This document shows, one piece after another, positions 62,831 through 64,000 of a stretch of DNA of 64,000 bases; positions within the stretch are counted from its first letter, which is position 1, and each line of letters opens with the position of its first letter. Both the position numbers and the translations under genes were made by a program. The stretch lies in the NCBI RefSeq assembly GCF_009914755.1, contig NC_060947.1, one strand, 5' to 3'. Source of the stretch: the human T2T-CHM13v2.0 reference genome, Homo sapiens. The notes beneath the pieces are model-generated. The model made no database searches. It saw only the letters and a program-made list of their open reading frames with translations, and had not been told where the DNA came from.

Positions 62831-64000
62831 CTAGCCAAACTATATTAAAAATGATTCCACTTATCAAAAATAATACTTACTTACACATACTTTCTCAACA
62901 ATGCATACCAGATGGAGAAAGGTTATTCCTACGTGTGGAATCTTTTTCAGGGAAAGTAGGGGCAGCTGGGGACAGGATGTAATGAAATTGTTCACTGATT
63001 ATATGACAAAAATCCATCAAATGGAAGCTTTTTTGTTCTTTAAGTAAATTTTACAATTGAGGGGTCTCTATTAGAGAAAGGTTCTATTTTTGTGGCTTAT
63101 CAACTAGGGGTCCTTCATACTAAAGCAAACCAAGTCTTTACATCATTTTAAAGATTTCCTGGAGAGACACAATTTGTAAGATGTTATGGGCGAGTCAGCT
63201 AAAATGTAAGCCCCAGAGTAGAGCAGAGAAACAAAAAGAAGTAAACACATTCAGGAACATCTTATGATTTTTAAAACCCGCAACTGGATTTCATGAGCGT
63301 TTATGAAGTTGGTAAAGTTACACGCTCTCATGTTAATACAAACCAGTCACCACTGTGAAAGCGTTCATCACACACTGAGAGGTGAAGCCATGCCATGGAG
63401 ACAGGTTATCTTCTCGAGGTCATAGCCACCTATTCCTCTATCATTTTGTTGTCTATTATTTCAATTTGTATCCAGCTTTCCTCTTGGTACATCCATGTAA
63501 ACACCTGCCCAGGATGGAGGGCTCTCATTCACCACGTCTTTCAGCAGGTTGGTTCCTCTCCCCAGTCAGCAATTGTGACATTTGGTGTCTGTTTCGAATG
63601 GTGTTGGTTAGCCAATTGGCTTTCCACTTCACATAACTGGGAAGACTACAGGAAAATTACGGGAATGGAAATCAAAATGGGAAAAACAAGCTATGTCAAT
63701 GAATAGACACATCACTGACAATATTTTGCTTCACTGGTATGTTTCTTGCTCGTGTGTTACAGGAAGAAAGATCTAATTGAAGCCATATAACCGAGCAATT
63801 TAGAATTGAGGAGTAACTGAAAGCTCTTTTTAATCCATACTTAAAAACTAATAATAGATTTTCAAAGGCTCAAGGAAATAACACAGTCAAAACCCTTTTT
63901 CAGTCATCTTAAATTAAAGCTTAGCAAATTTCATGAGGGATTCTAAAAAATATTATTATTATTTAAAAACTAATAATAGACCTTCAAAGGCTCAAAGAAG

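Overview
Human (or great-ape) genomic DNA that is repeat-dense and contains no intact protein-coding exon. Nearly all of the ORF track is Alu, LTR, L1 or microsatellite read-through. The right end (about 56.7-61.26 kb, minus strand) looks like a long non-coding terminal exon with an acceptor and an AATAAA. I recognise it from memory as the PRKX last exon (Xp22.33; the Y paralog PRKY is not excluded), followed by about 2.7 kb of its last intron. The rest is intergenic. It holds a 7,020-bp HERV-H provirus (5397-12416, minus strand, 434-bp LTR7s, ATTTC TSD, tRNA-His PBS, decayed gag/pro/pol, no recognisable env) sitting in an MLT2 LTR and itself carrying a 5'-inverted L1PA2. It also holds solo LTRs (MER66, 2x MER41B, THE1D, MER57, LTR7C-like, LTR9/MER61-like), about 35 Alus, a U6 retrocopy (a second lies in the terminal exon) and eight MER20 pieces. 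Most notable: (i) neighbouring MER20 copies share a near-identical core with derived, mostly AT>GC changes, suggesting regional homogenisation of ancient repeats; (ii) the HERV-H LTRs are mosaic and the 5' LTR has lost its poly(A) signal; (iii) one MER41B keeps both STAT1 GAS sites; (iv) a 22-unit minisatellite derives from an LTR CCAAT box; (v) two tail-less Alus end at the same Alu position. Repeat family names and the gene identity come from recalled consensus sequences, not from a database search.
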